DNA of 64,000 nt, taken from positions 248,001-312,000 of the forward strand of contig OZ316896.1 of assembly GCA_973895155.1 (NCBI GenBank). Reading direction: 5' to 3'. The DNA is from Marsupella aquatica. Taxonomy: Eukaryota > Plantae > Marchantiophyta. Under the pieces are notes generated by a model that saw nothing but the letters and a program-made list of their open reading frames with translations, ran no database searches and was not told where the DNA came from. Shown piece by piece: positions 11,401-22,510 of the stretch (the first letter of the stretch is position 1; every line of letters starts with the position of its first letter). A program made the translations under genes and the position numbers.

Positions 11401-12079
11401 CATCGTTGACGGCCCCCTTCCTCTTCATCTCTGCTGCCGTGGAGGTTTCTCCTAGCACCGTTGCCCGGGTCCACCTTTCCGTGCTACCCTTTAATTCCCA
11501 GTGTATGTCGTTGCAGTTCTTGATGGCCTCTCGGATGCCGACGACGCTGTCTTTGCAAAACAGAAGATCGTCGAGTTGATTGGAAGTAGGCGTCCACAGG
11601 AACTCGTCCTTGATGAGTTTGCCTCCTAAGAAAGCCGTCTTGTGCAGCTCCCACAATCGAGCGAGCTCCTGCCATTCTCGAGCTGCCCTTTCTGACTCCT
11701 CGTCCTCGTAAGTCTTGATGTACTCAGTTGCCCGTTCGAACAGGCATCCCCAGAAATGTGCCGCTTGATTGACGTTGCTCATACCCTCCTTAGGTCGATC
11801 ATCGGTATCTACTCTCTCCCCGAGTGCTTGCCTAAGCAGCTGACAGTAGTTGGCCTCCCGTAGTCGTCTGCCTAGTTCGTGCTCGCAAATGAGCCACCAT
11901 CTCCTGCAAGCGCTCCTTACCCCTCTCCTCTGCCGGTCCTTCTTCCCGTTGATCCTTCCTAGCCGCCGACGCTTAACGCGCCCTAACCCTAATCGGGTTT
12001 TCACCCTCAGCCTTACCTCCGGCCTCTGCCCGGGTTCCATGGTTGCCCCTAATTGTTTATATTTTCCTTGTTTTGTCAC
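8441..12079 (-). CDS. LTR-encoded accessory protein (~1200 aa; basic N-terminus, PMD/plant-transposon-protein-like region, long coiled coil)
   Basis: Uninterrupted 1212-codon ORF; first ATG at 12040 in strong context GCAACCATGG; motif IYGKDFYLTPKVIAEVFGLP resembles PMD/Athila-ORF domains; E/K/Q/L-rich heptad region in the C-terminal third; no obvious transmembrane segment. Confidence 0.85.
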   Translation of the reverse strand: MTKQGKYKQLGATMEPGQRPEVRLRVKTRLGLGRVKRRRLGRINGKKDRQRRGVRSACRRWWLICEHELGRRLREANYCQLLRQALGERVDTDDRPKEGMSNVNQAAHFWGCLFERATEYIKTYEDEESERAAREWQELARLWELHKTAFLGGKLIKDEFLWTPTSNQLDDLLFCKDSVVGIREAIKNCNDIHWELKGSTERWTRATVLGETSTAAEMKRKGAVNDEATPTKRTRSAAPKRPAEQQSRRQGEAEEEEVDPIKAIPTRDDTWNGWAATLPVEVQLHFAREEDACFTAMQTKKYQGFMAGSGLEAFVRLPWLKPEVPESDLLEFMGSWEPETNCTRIYGKDFYLTPKVIAEVFGLPIGNKTKVDTRKTLPDKEFRSFPGPSTKNGFFRNTCTNPHIGEMIDFLRVTMHCNLPRAEIGKAQVYLAERPDPSRDYNGYLLNQLKKILKEEQQVIGMGSVSRLGYHMPLLCRYARGQTFAPVLPLQVRAPEEAPTPRPLAEKPQPPVSPTIEQVFRPGKEDLPMQQPGMQSLLKLLEKEKKSALATTTATATMQDTTTEVGLHRLTRENPFAGDKERIRPESKPGVRMYVGTSSSESEAELPEAPTDEEEREKPETQEVEEAVEDCSHDNSGYGSDHHVPGVRTCGRFVPTLPRVVRGDPNQQSSPESPPPDVAPPSFDGIKQTVQEVQERIKQEEEAALAKEKDLPGGDWPEDIRRLAEKGSKPLATIEEIRRTAWEQRPRWAMPITSTYSTYAKNRAMEYGEMCGELALGIFGEELEVGPFFHREQLEKHQLEEAVALERSKKDELIRRLRRMEAEIEDLRAAKKAQDELRIKRHELNIMQGQLDTAQADNQNIKDKLTQTQEELANTIKEREKWKQELKNTEEAHIIANSRAMAETQRKEWALKGELEKIRGALEQKEVELGKSYQGIMALQQELASLTASFKADLREKDEMLEQTYAKMNQMESVIIAELDKELRATQEERATLKKELEEAHREQEEAKNELEGARKDLDETQEELEEITRKMENLQRRADNQTERLKKQAAVFKSLAAAGPSPVGTNQLPGVVIAEGQAASTAPVPEVSGKGKGPAAEPPMKKKWKPSGSRSNTTSQAVVIKEVDLAPTPDRVTAKDPTTLGEGEAEAVGVAEAKAVGIAEAGVEAEAEGGPSQGDGELTRSRAGNLSVGGPTAVAEEEVLGASIEDPPPVS

Positions 12080-12155
12080 TATACTAAGGTGTTCCTAGGG
12101 TGCCTTCCTGCTTTACCCACTTAACCGGCCGAGTGATTCCTGTCTAGGCATCACA

Positions 12156-12659
12156 GACATAAACGAGGCAGCTGCACATGTGACTTGCCAAACTCTGGCT
12201 GCACATGGAGTGGAGGCAGATGTCGTGGTAACAAATTTGGTGGCAGGGTTGGAGAAGAGAGTTAGTGGGACTATAGATGTGCTAGTTTTCAACCCACCTT
12301 ATGTTCCAACCTCGGAAGATGAGGTGGGTATGGCAGGTATAATATCATCATGGGCAGGTGGACACCGCGGACGAACTGTGATAAATCGCATGTTGGCTAT
12401 TGTTGACGAGCTTTTGTCAAGTAAAGGTTTGTTTTACCTCCTTACTCTCACCGCCAACAATCCTGGTGAGATCTGCCAGATCATGAAGAAGAAAGGGTTC
12501 GCTTCACGTATAGTTATTCAGAGGTCAACAGAGGAGGAGAGCTTGCATGTCTTGAAATTTTGGAGAGAAAACCTAGATGACCTGCCTGAGAATGGTTCCC
12601 CGCCCACTCTTCAAACATCTTTGTCTGCCAAGCTAGCCCGCCTTGCTTTTTGGAGATAA
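12156..12659 (+). CDS. HEMK2: HemK2/N6AMT1 (MTQ2-like) methyltransferase, 3' portion, interrupted by the Gypsy insertion
   Basis: Frame reads DINEAAAHVT..DVLVFNPPYVPT..SWAGGHRGRTVI..FYLLTLTANNP directly from the LTR boundary; NPPY motif. Confidence 0.88.
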   Translation, partial: DINEAAAHVTCQTLAAHGVEADVVVTNLVAGLEKRVSGTIDVLVFNPPYVPTSEDEVGMAGIISSWAGGHRGRTVINRMLAIVDELLSSKGLFYLLTLTANNPGEICQIMKKKGFASRIVIQRSTEEESLHVLKFWRENLDDLPENGSPPTLQTSLSAKLARLAFWR

Positions 12660-15443
12660 TGGGGGTGTCTCAGATTACGACTTGGGCTTTGGACACTGGT
12701 GATGACTTTGAAAGCCACACATTTCTTCGAAGCACCACCGCTGACCTGTGCTTGGACCTCTCATGTACTTGATGGAGCAACATGCCTTAAGGTCGGCATC
12801 TGTCCGACTTTGGTGCAGCTCAAAGGTCAAGGTAATCACAGTCACAGCCCCGCCCTTCCTCTCCGTGATATCAATGATGCGTCGATAAGTAGCTCTGACA
12901 AAGATAGCCTCTTTTTTGTAATATATTCTTGTACAGTTGCTCTAGCGGTTGTAAGACTGACAGCTGCTGCTGTGATCATATGTCTATACTTGATTCAGTG
13001 GCGGATTCTAGGCATCACCGATGAAAACAGAACATTTAACCATTAGCGCTGGAATCCTTGGCTCAACACAACCCTTTCTTAAGTAAGACTGTTAGGCATG
13101 TGTATTTTTTAAGTCTGATGGTTGAATTCCAAACTCACACGAAGAATTCAAGGCACTGCTGGGTCGAAATGTGAAAACCTATGGAGGATAAAAATATGAT
13201 AGTCCAATACATTGTACCTCACCTATTGTGTTGACCGTTACAAACAGGGTTTCGCTTCCAAGGGTGGCTATTCTATTTGTATTTACTCACAAGGACGTGC
13301 AGCAATGTAGAAGAGGCGGGTTGTCATCCTTTGCAAGTAGTCAAAGAATGATTTGAGAACGGCAAGCTGGGAGATCGTCAATCAAATGAATGTCTGCGAT
13401 TGCTGCATATACATTGCCTCGTTATTTTTAGCTGTGTCTCATACGGATTGCAGTATGCCAGAGCTGTAGCACTACCTAAACGTATATTAAGAGATCTTGT
13501 GAGAAATCAGAAACAATTGAAGAAACACTCACCCGCCATAAAAAGAAAATAACCGGAAGAAAATAAACTTTACAGGTGGCCTTGCGTTGCATCCTTGCCA
13601 ATGATGTATGTTTGTTGTTCAAACCGCTAGTACGACCACAGTCCTGTTCCCAGCCTACAATTTCATAGCGTCCTTCCCCCACGAGAGTCGTGCATCATGT
13701 GTAAGGAAGTGCTTGCTGCAGTCTATGCATAGCTTCGATAGTTCCTCACGCAGGTTTAAACCGTTTTCACAACTACATACTTTTGTGATCCCCTCCCTCT
13801 CTGCAGAGGGCTGGTTGTGCTTGGGGAATAAATGTAGCTGGGAAATAGGGACCTCAAATGTAGTGGCGTAGATAAGTAACCTGGATAAAGGGTAACCCTG
13901 TAGAGTTTTCCATGACATGCCGTCAGAGAAAACCAGAAGATGGCAAGGAATGATCAAGGGATGGTTGGCCTATTGCTTCTGGTGTTCTTTCTTTGTCTTT
14001 GGAAAGAGCAGGCTGATCGACCAGAAGCTTCATCCCACTGGGCCAACGAGGTTTTCTGTTAGTTGCCCTTGTTTCATGCTCTCGTACTGACCATGCAATG
14101 ATACAGGGAAAGACTGTACAAGAGGGACGACTCTATATCACTAGGGTAAGTCATCCAGGGTCCCATACTGTATTTTTATGCTTTCTATATGGTCCGTCGA
14201 GGAGGCGAATCTGCTGTCTAAGCACCGTATTGACCAGTTAGAGGATAATGGTTACTCTCTGCACAAGCACCTTCGTTCCTTTCGCGTACTTCATGTCGTA
14301 ATCCACAATTGCGTACAACACTGATTTCATCTGCTATGTAAGGAGCATATACTTGCTTACAAGTCATAATGCACGAGTGCGTACAACACGATTTCATGTG
14401 CTATGGAAGGGGCATATACTTCTATAAAAGTCTTAACTAGATAAGCTTTATTGCATGCTTGTACTCGACTAGATGTATCCTTTTCCGCAGTACATGGAAT
14501 CAAATGACGAGTATACGTCTCTCTAAGTTCACACCAGGGCAACCAAGAGACGTCTGCCTGCCACGGAGAATTTACCGTCTGTGATGTGACTGCAGAGCGG
14601 GCAGTAGACTGGGATTTTTGGGTGTTCCAAGATCTTCAGAACCTACCGTTCAGAAACATGTTCTTTAATTTTACGAGATTCATCTTATTGTCAATGGTTT
14701 TTACCATCACACTGGGGTACATGTTTTCAGGACACAGATTCCTTTGGTATGTCCTCTTTTCGGAGGTTGTACTGAGTGTTTGTCAGGCACTTTGACAAGC
14801 AAGGGGGTACGAAGCTCATGTCCTGGCTGTGACATACCTCCTAGAAAACTACGAAGGAGCCTCCTAGATTGGCATCTGTCATAAAACCGAACGAGTGTTA
14901 GAGTATGAAATCTGTGCCAACCATCCTGGCTGTAGAACTGAAAGCTGGCTGGCAGTTGCGCAGTTGCTTGCATGATCGGAACAAAGGCCACGGCAAAGTA
15001 TCTCCCAAATAGATTTAGAGTTATCGTCGTCAGTGGGTTTGAGGTGTGTAGGCAACATTTTCAACCGGAGAAGGTCATTATGTGGGCAGCCACCTGACTA
15101 GTTTACATAAACCTCGATCACACACCTGGCTTGCCTAGATGTTCTTATCAAAGATGGAAATTGTTTCTCAATAGATAGGCAGCTGATTATAAACAACCAT
15201 ACAAACCTTTATCAAATTTGTGTGAGTAGTGTCTCGTCGGATATGAAAGCTCCCTCATTAGTCGATTCTGAGCCTTGTCTACACTTGGGTACCCGAGCCA
15301 TGTCCCTGTGTATGTACTTAAAGTTGATGTGTCTTCAGATGGAGGAGAGCTCTGAGATGAGAAAATGCTGAAAGAAAGTACCCAGAAGCATCAACGACAG
15401 AGATGCACCACTTAAGCACTGAGGTGAAGAACAGAGGGGGTGG

Positions 15444-15911
15444 ATGAAGATGGGTTACGTGGGGGAGTTGACCGATATTTGGGTGTTGAATTATGGTAAC
15501 ACAAGTGTCCCAGTGATATTGATGAAGGGATCATGGGTGAAATCAGAGTGGCAGAGACCAAGGGCCACCATGAAGCGTGATCATGATGGGTTCTTGTTGG
15601 CCAATTTTAGGTCCAGAGTACCAGAATGGTCTGAGCCTTTTGTTTTCCCTAGCCAAGTTGAACAGGCTTTCTTTGCAGATGTGGAGGAGTCACATGGCTG
15701 GAGGGTGGTATGCCATAGCCAAGCACGGAACAGGCGGATGGATGGAAGTAAAGTAGAGTTCAGTTTGGATGACCATGCTGCATTCGAGCATCCTAGTCAT
15801 GAGATTGTACTTCCAACTCGGGCAGGGACTGACTACATCCCCTTAACATTGAGAGAGACATATGATGAACCTGGGCAAATGGAATATGATGAGGTTGATG
15901 ATTTGCAATAG
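15444..15911 (+). CDS. CACTA transposase C-terminal (DUF4216-like) fragment
   Basis: YVGELTDIWVLNY..DHDGF..EPFVFPSQVEQAFF..GWRVV. Confidence 0.8.
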   Translation: MKMGYVGELTDIWVLNYGNTSVPVILMKGSWVKSEWQRPRATMKRDHDGFLLANFRSRVPEWSEPFVFPSQVEQAFFADVEESHGWRVVCHSQARNRRMDGSKVEFSLDDHAAFEHPSHEIVLPTRAGTDYIPLTLRETYDEPGQMEYDEVDDLQ

Positions 15912-16088
15912 GCAACAGCTGGCGATTGGCAAGTATGAGGTTGAGGATGACTACCTGCATAGAGTCACAGAACGGGAATTGCTGCCTGGAATGATGTTTA
16001 GGATAGTTGGATATGCATGAAATTGATTGATACTTTGAATTTAGTGTGCTGATTCTCCCTGTTTGGTTGTGGGTGCTGTGCAGAAGCT

Positions 16089-19000
16089 ATGGGGGAAGAG
16101 AGTGATGACATGGAGACAGACATGGGGCTTGGAGAGTGGGGTGAAGAGGAAAGATTGGATATGGATGGAGACCCAGATGCAGGGGGCTCACAGAAAAATG
16201 CACCTGTGCAGGATGCACAGGGCCCTCATCAAGTCCCAGGTAGGTGGGCAGCTAGAGAGAAATCACATAATCCATACCCTAGAAGGAGCCAGAGTTATTG
16301 GCAAGGGACGCCTGATAATTATGATGATGACTATGATGGAGCAGAAGATGGATGGGATGAATATGAACACCCAGAGCGTGATAGAGACGGGTACAGAGGG
16401 CAATGGAAAGGTGAGGAGGATGATTGGACAAGTAAGTGCCTTGTGCTAGTGATTTTGTGATGGTAGTAGAGATTTAGCTCAATATGGACTTATCTGATGT
16501 GTAGCTAGGGCAAAGAGTTTATCTTACAGGTCCATGAGTGTGGCATGTACCTGTTGGTATGCAGACTCTGATTGGGACAATCACGAAAACAACAAAGGCC
16601 ATCCACGTTCAGATAGGCGGCAATCATTCACAGGCGGGAGAAACGGCCCTAATTCATCAAGACAAAGCAATAGGACAGGTGGTCCAGAACCATCTATGCG
16701 CCAAGGGAGAGGTAACTTGGTCATTGCAGAATTGCTCTGAAGTCCAGTGTATATTTGGCAGCAGGATTTATGATTCATACTTACCTAATGTAAGTGACTG
16801 TAAATGTGCAGGGACTCCAGGGAGGTTTGGACAATGCAATCCAGGCCGTGGGTGGAGATCAGGCCGTGGAGGGACCCCAGGCCGTGGGGGGACACCAGGC
16901 CGTGGAGGGACACCTAGTAGCGCTTCAGGGAATACCAAGGCAGGAGACAGTAACAAATTTGGTAAAGTAGAAGTGAATTCCGAAGGTTGGATAACTCCCA
17001 CATGTGATGGTAAGAACCGTTGGCATTCTGACCTAAAAGGAGAAGTATTGCGTTGGTTAGATTTGAGCATTACAAAGTTTAGGAGTCAGAACAAAGCTGA
17101 TTGGGCTGCTATCTGCAAGGACATTCTTGAACGGTGGGACTATGTTGGTAATGATGGTAAGGGCCCAGTTGAAGATTGCATATCAGATTATGCAATGAGG
17201 ATTTTGAAACAAGAGAGACATAGGTTGAAAAGGATGTGGATAGACAATGGTTCTAACAGGAGAATGCCACCACCCCCATCATTGGAACTGGATCAATGGA
17301 CACGGTTAATCAAAGGGTTCATGTCGAAGGCTGGACAGAGCAAGAGTGAACTGATGTCAAATGCTCGAGGCAAAGTGAAACACCTTTCACAGGCTGGGAG
17401 AGGAAGTTATGCTCCAGTGAAAGAACAATTGGTAAGGCAGTGACATGCCTGATAGTAAGCCTCAAACTTATCATCTTGCTACCATTATTACATTTTCATT
17501 GACAATCAACACTTGGTTTCATTCATATGTATGTTGATGTGGACTGCAGAAGAAATTGACAGGTGAAGAACCATCAGCACAAGAAGTGAGAGAGGAGTTC
17601 ATGAAACAAAGGAGTGAGGTGACAAGTGACTTCCAAACAGGTGATTATGTTGTAATTATGTATGTTCTGTGACTATTTGGCCTTGAGCATCAGAAAGAAA
17701 TATAGTAGGAAATAAACAACCAGTTCTTGGGGACAATTATCTGAGATATGTAAGCTGTGTTATGACAGGGAACTGTTACAACTCTCACAGAGATGTGTGA
17801 ACGGTTGAAGTCATTAGAGTGTGGACTCCCTCGAGTGGAAAGTAAATTGGCTGATCGTTTGGATATTGTGGAGGCATCTGTAGCGAACCTTCTTGTATCA
17901 GTGGAATCTAATTTCAAGCTTGTGATTGAAAAATTGGGTGGTTCCCAACCAAACAATGAGGGCAACATTGTACAAAGTGTGCCCTTGTTAACAAAAAAGG
18001 GAATTGGCAAATCTGACACAGGTATGGAAATGACACCGGCCCATTGTTCATTGTGTCCTATGTTCAAATGTTAGAAGTAAGTTTTCATGAATTGAGTGAA
18101 TGGTTTGAATGCAGGAAGAGTGGAGGCAGAGAAGGACCCTGTAATCAGTAAGCAGAAGGGCAAGAAGGTTGCTGAGACAGGTAACCTGCTATGATCCAGT
18201 ACATTACATTTGAAAAGTGCATGGAGTTTTGTGAAGCTTAAGCCGGTTGGAGGTAATCTTTTCTGTAAGAACTGGTTGGATGAACTGGGATCTGAAGTGA
18301 CATCATGATTGATGTATCAGGTGATTCAAAGAGCAATAATGAAGAAGATGTGCCCAGTGCCTCAGTGACCATAGCCAAGGAGGTATCAGGTAAGCTGATG
18401 CTTTAAATTCCTCTATATGAATGTTGAGCAACAATTCAGTGGTTAATAGATTCAACCTGAATATTGTGGTGTATTTATTGATCAACAGAAGCAGACATGG
18501 AGCATATGGCAATGGCAAAGAAGGGGAAGAAGGCTGTTCATAATGGTAAGGAGATAGTGACGACTTTGTGGTTGGTGACATGTACATTTAGCACATGTGA
18601 TGAGTGATTGACTTATGTTGGACATGACACTGAATTGTAGTTGATGCAGAGTTGACAGACTCTCAACCAAGTGGGAGTAGGGTGAAGCGACGTCGAAACT
18701 TGGGAGCAACATTGGATGCAAGTAAGATTGTAGATGCTTCAATTGAAGCAAGTACAATGTTGGCAGATATTGAGATGATGTCGCAGGGAAATCCTGCTAC
18801 ACAATCAAAAGTGTCAAATATGGATGCAGATTCTTTGAAGAAGAGTGTAGCCAATTCTCGATCACCAGCACAAAACACTCGTGCCAAAGTCATGACTCGC
18901 AACCAAGGTATGAATAATGTCATGTATAAGCCACCCAGGAAAGCCAAGAAAAACAGCCAGGGTAAGGTGGAGGTGATAGCCACAGCAGAGCCAGTCCATA

Positions 19001-19245
19001 ATCTTCTATCATGGGAGGATGACTCGCAGGTATGTGTGGGTACAGGCATTTTGCGACCGGATCATGCAAAATTCCATGGCAAAGTGGTCCCGGATGACCA
19101 TGTAGTAGTGTTGTTGACTACAGTGATTGTATCTGATTGTAATTTGCCATTTCCGAATAGAGACGATGATCCACCTCAGGAAATAATTGCAGATGCAGTA
19201 GGATCTCTTGTGCTCTGGCCATCAGAGTGTGTTAGTCTGCAGTGA
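16089..19245 (+). CDS. Spliced CACTA TnpA/ORF2-like gene (~9 exons)
   Basis: GT-AG bounded exons near 16084-16430, 16565-16711, 16812-17431, 17550-17640, 17769-18021, 18115-18180, 18321-18389, 18489-18545, 18641-19245; Ptta/En-Spm-like WTRLIKGF..SELMSNARGK..GRGSY and C-terminal HGK..LPFP..AVGSLVLWP. Confidence 0.7.
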
Positions 19246-20169
19246 CTGAATGCAAGTGTAGATAGAATCATGTGAATTGTGTCACATTTTGACATTGCCT
19301 TGGAAAGATCCAAGAAATATCTGTACCAATTTTTCCATTTGGTAAAGAGGATGAAGGAGACGTTGTGTGACATTGATATTTCTGAATTCTGTATGTATGA
19401 AACAAGTGATTGATGTCAAACTATGGCTCTATGGTGATTGTCTATGATACTTGAATCTATTTTATCATTTCAGTATTAGTGTGTATGGTATAGAGGAATA
19501 CTTTGTGACCTTCTTTGTAGTCTATGAAGTTTGAATCTGTGAATTCATATTAGTGTACATGGTATAGAAGATGGCTTTCTGAAACTATGTATTCTAATGT
19601 TAACATGATGAATGGTGAACTTATAGAGTGAGTTCATTCCAAGTACACAATAAAACATGAATGCAATATGTTATTTGTGCACAAGAGTGGGTTCATTCCA
19701 AGTAGTATAGTGGGGTTTTCATCACTCATATCCAGTTGACATGAAAGACTTATACATACCCCACAAAGTATATTTAAAGACTACCCTCCATAACCTTTTT
19801 AGTCGTTCCCAACGACTCATCATCGCAGCCCATAAAAGACTGAAAACGACTCACCAAAGCTACCCACACAAAGACTAAAATAGACTGAAAATCCAGTCTA
19901 TTAAACGACTTATAAACCAGTTCTATAAAGGACTCAGTTGATTATAGTAACAAAACATACGACTCGCAGTCCTATAAAGGACTAGAGTCCTTCCCAGTCG
20001 TTTCCAAGTCCTATACGGTACTGAATAGTCGTTTAATGGGGTCTAAATACCCCCCGATTTCTACTAGTGTTACTTTGTATTTTCATGGCACGACGGTTTT
20101 TTTAGGAGTCGTAGAACTCGACTACCTTAACACTTAGCTCCGGCATCACTGACTCCGACGCCGAGCTCC

Positions 20170-22480
20170 CTTATGGTCCAGGCCCGGATAGGCCATCCGG
20201 GGAGGACTTAGCATGGGGAGACTTGTGAGCAAAGGGACGTGCCACTCGCGAAGGCAAGGAGCCAAGCTGGCGACAGACACTAAGGACTTGGGCTAGCTGA
20301 GAGCTGGTCGGGTCAAGGGGAAATGGGCCGGGCTCAAGGCCGACCGTCCAGACCTCCGGATGGACTCTGAGTTCTGAGGGCTTGAGGGTGAGCTCCTCTT
20401 GGGCCCAAGGCCCATGGAGTTGACGCCATGGGCAACGGACCCTTGGGCGCAAGTTGTGGCCCGATCCGGGTTGGGCCGATCGGGGGCCCCAAGCGGCGAT
20501 GAGACCTGAGGACCTAGGCATGAGCACTGGGTCAGCTCAATCACAATGGGCTAAGGCACTCCGCTTGCGGATGCCTAACAAGAGAGTTATGGGCGTTGCC
20601 AGTTGGTGGCGCGCCCGTTATGCGCGATAGGATCCGGGTTGGAGGCCAAATGTTTAGGGACCAAAGTTGGTCCGGGGGTGGCAGGTCTCCAGAAGCATAT
20701 ATGAGGGGAGTGGTGTCTCCCTGGGGGCTAAGGGCGAGCCGAAGTCGTGAGCCGCGGCGGTCGCGACACTAAGGGAAACCGCCAAACGGAAGTGACGATA
20801 TCTTCCCAACGGGAAGTCCGTTGGAGGACTTCTTGGGTGCATTGGAAAGCTCTTCTTGAGCTCAGCTGGGTCTGGGGGCACCATGGGTTCTCAGGGTTTG
20901 CGGGTGTTAACTTGTCCGCTTGCCAAATCCCACCGAACAGCAGCCAAGCAGCGTTCAATCTCCCAAGGGAGCTTGCGTTGGGGAGGCAAGGCCAAGTAGG
21001 TGTGGAGGTTGAGTTCCAAGAGTTCTCGGTCCCTAGGCCATTAGTGAGGCAAATCGGGAGTTGGTTGCTAGAGTCGGGGCCATTCTGGTCCCGGCGTGTT
21101 GGGACAAGCTATGCTATTTGGGCCATGAGCATGTCTTGGGGTCAGGGCGGTCAGTTGGTGATGGATAGGTACGAGGGGGAACCCGACCGCACCCAAAGAA
21201 GTAGCTGTTCTGGACGAACAGTGGGCGTGGGTTCTGGTTCCGGCTTATGGCATCGGGAGGACCTATCGCTGACCTATTTACCAATGTCTGTTGAGCTTGA
21301 GTTAGGATGTTGGGCTTGGCGAGTTCTAGATCCTGAAGGGTTACTTACCGAGGTGCTTGGTTGCTTGTGCAGATAGTGAGGACCGTTGAGTAGCGGTCGT
21401 GTAGGTGAGCAAGTGCGGCTTTGTATGGGAGGGGCCGCTGGTGGTGCAAGAGGCACTAGGGTGCTTGCTCGAGGTATTCCGTGGAGGCGTTCGGGCACCA
21501 GGGGCACTTAGGCGTGAGTGTTGGGATTGGTGAGGGCGCTGGGTGGCAAGGTCCACCACTTTTGGGCACTCGTGGCAAGAAGAGCACAAAACTAGGGTAA
21601 ACCCTAAACCCTAAACGGTAAACCCTAAACGGTAAAGCCTGAACCCTAAACCCTAAACTCCTGATGGTCACACTACTAAAGGGAAACACCAAATGGAAGT
21701 AACAATAATTTCTCAATGAGAAGTCTGTTGGAGGGACTTCTTGGATGCATTGGAAAGTTCTCAAGAAGGACTATATCCTCTTCAGCTCAACTTGGTCTAG
21801 GGGTGCCTGATTCTTGAGGTTTATAGGGGCTATCTCACCCACTTGCCAATCTTGCCAAAATAGCAGTCACACAATGTTCAGTTTCCTATAGGAGCTTGCG
21901 TTGGGGAGGCAATGCAGAGTAGGCATGAGTGTTAAGGTCCAAGTGCCCCTAGAATATCAGTTGAGTTGAAGCCTTAGAGATGGTTGCTAGAGTCGAAGCT
22001 GAACTGATCCTGGCGTTTGGAACAAGCTAACTATTTGGGCCATGAACCTGTCCTGGAGGCAGGGCGGTCAGCCAGTGACAGATAGAAAGTGGAGAAGCTT
22101 GGGCGACACCTAGTAGAGGGGTTGTTCTAGAAGAACAATGGGTGCTGGTCTTAGCTTCAACATAATATGGCAAGGACACATGGGCCCGAGAGGTTCTATT
22201 CGTTGGCCTACTTATTAAAGATTGTTGAACTTGAGACAAGACAATGATCTTGGAAATCATGATGAGTTACTTACTAATGTGTTTGGTTGCCTATGCAGAC
22301 AATAAGGACCATTGAACGATGGTGGTGTTAAGGAGCAAGTGCGGCTTCGTATGGAAGCTGTCATATGCGGTGATAGATGCACCGAGTTGCTTGCTCGTGG
22401 AGTTTTGTGTGAGCGTTTGGACACCAAAGGTACTTAGAGTACTAGGATTGGTGAGGGCGTTTGGTGACAAGGTCCACCAC
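20170..22480. repeat. Non-coding dispersed repeat with an ~800-bp diverged direct duplication (about 20765-21560 vs 21670-22480)
   Basis: Colinear similarity from aagggaaac..ggaagt through caaggtccaccact; 20270-20770 also matches 49870-49954 plus 56938-57367. Confidence 0.75.
21589..21658 (+). repeat. Interstitial degenerate plant telomeric repeats (AAACCCT)n
   Basis: taaaccctaaaccctaaacggtaaaccctaaacgg..aaccctaaaccctaaac. Confidence 0.85.
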
Positions 22481-22510
22481 TGCAACTCTAAGTTTTGTTT
22501 GCGATTTATT

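Larger units (their letters stand above)
1..12155 (-). mobile_element. Ty3/Gypsy LTR retrotransposon, non-chromovirus (Athila/Tat/Phygy-related), 3' LTR truncated by window edge
   Basis: Order on minus strand: LTR (12155-7529), PBS, gag-PR, RT-RH-IN, PPT, LTR (1306 to window start). Integrase follows RT/RH (Gypsy order), GPF-type C-terminus, no chromodomain, no extra archaeal-type RNase H seen. Confidence 0.95.
7529..12155 (-). repeat. 5' LTR, 4627 bp
   Basis: Ends TGTGATGC...GCACCACA (7/8 inverted match); PBS immediately downstream; its first 1306 bp are repeated after the PPT. Confidence 0.9.
15444..20069 (+). mobile_element. CACTA/En-Spm DNA transposon, left end missing
   Basis: Right terminus TTTCTACTAGTG (=CACTAGTAGAAA) ends 20069; subterminal AAGACT/ACGACT repeats 19740-20040; TnpD C-terminal and TnpA-like coding regions. 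Confidence 0.85.

Noticed and set aside
8441-12079. LTR ORF as an envelope protein or host SMC/myosin gene
   Set aside because: No signal peptide or transmembrane helix evident; coiled-coil similarity is generic and no ATPase motifs are present.
203-12098. Plus-strand ORFs across the Gypsy element
   Set aside because: Ser/Leu/Phe-rich antisense shadows of the minus-strand ORFs.
13000-15400. Possible decayed gene on minus strand; ~67-bp duplication at 14310-14425
   Set aside because: Short ORFs with no recognisable motif; cannot be assigned without a search.
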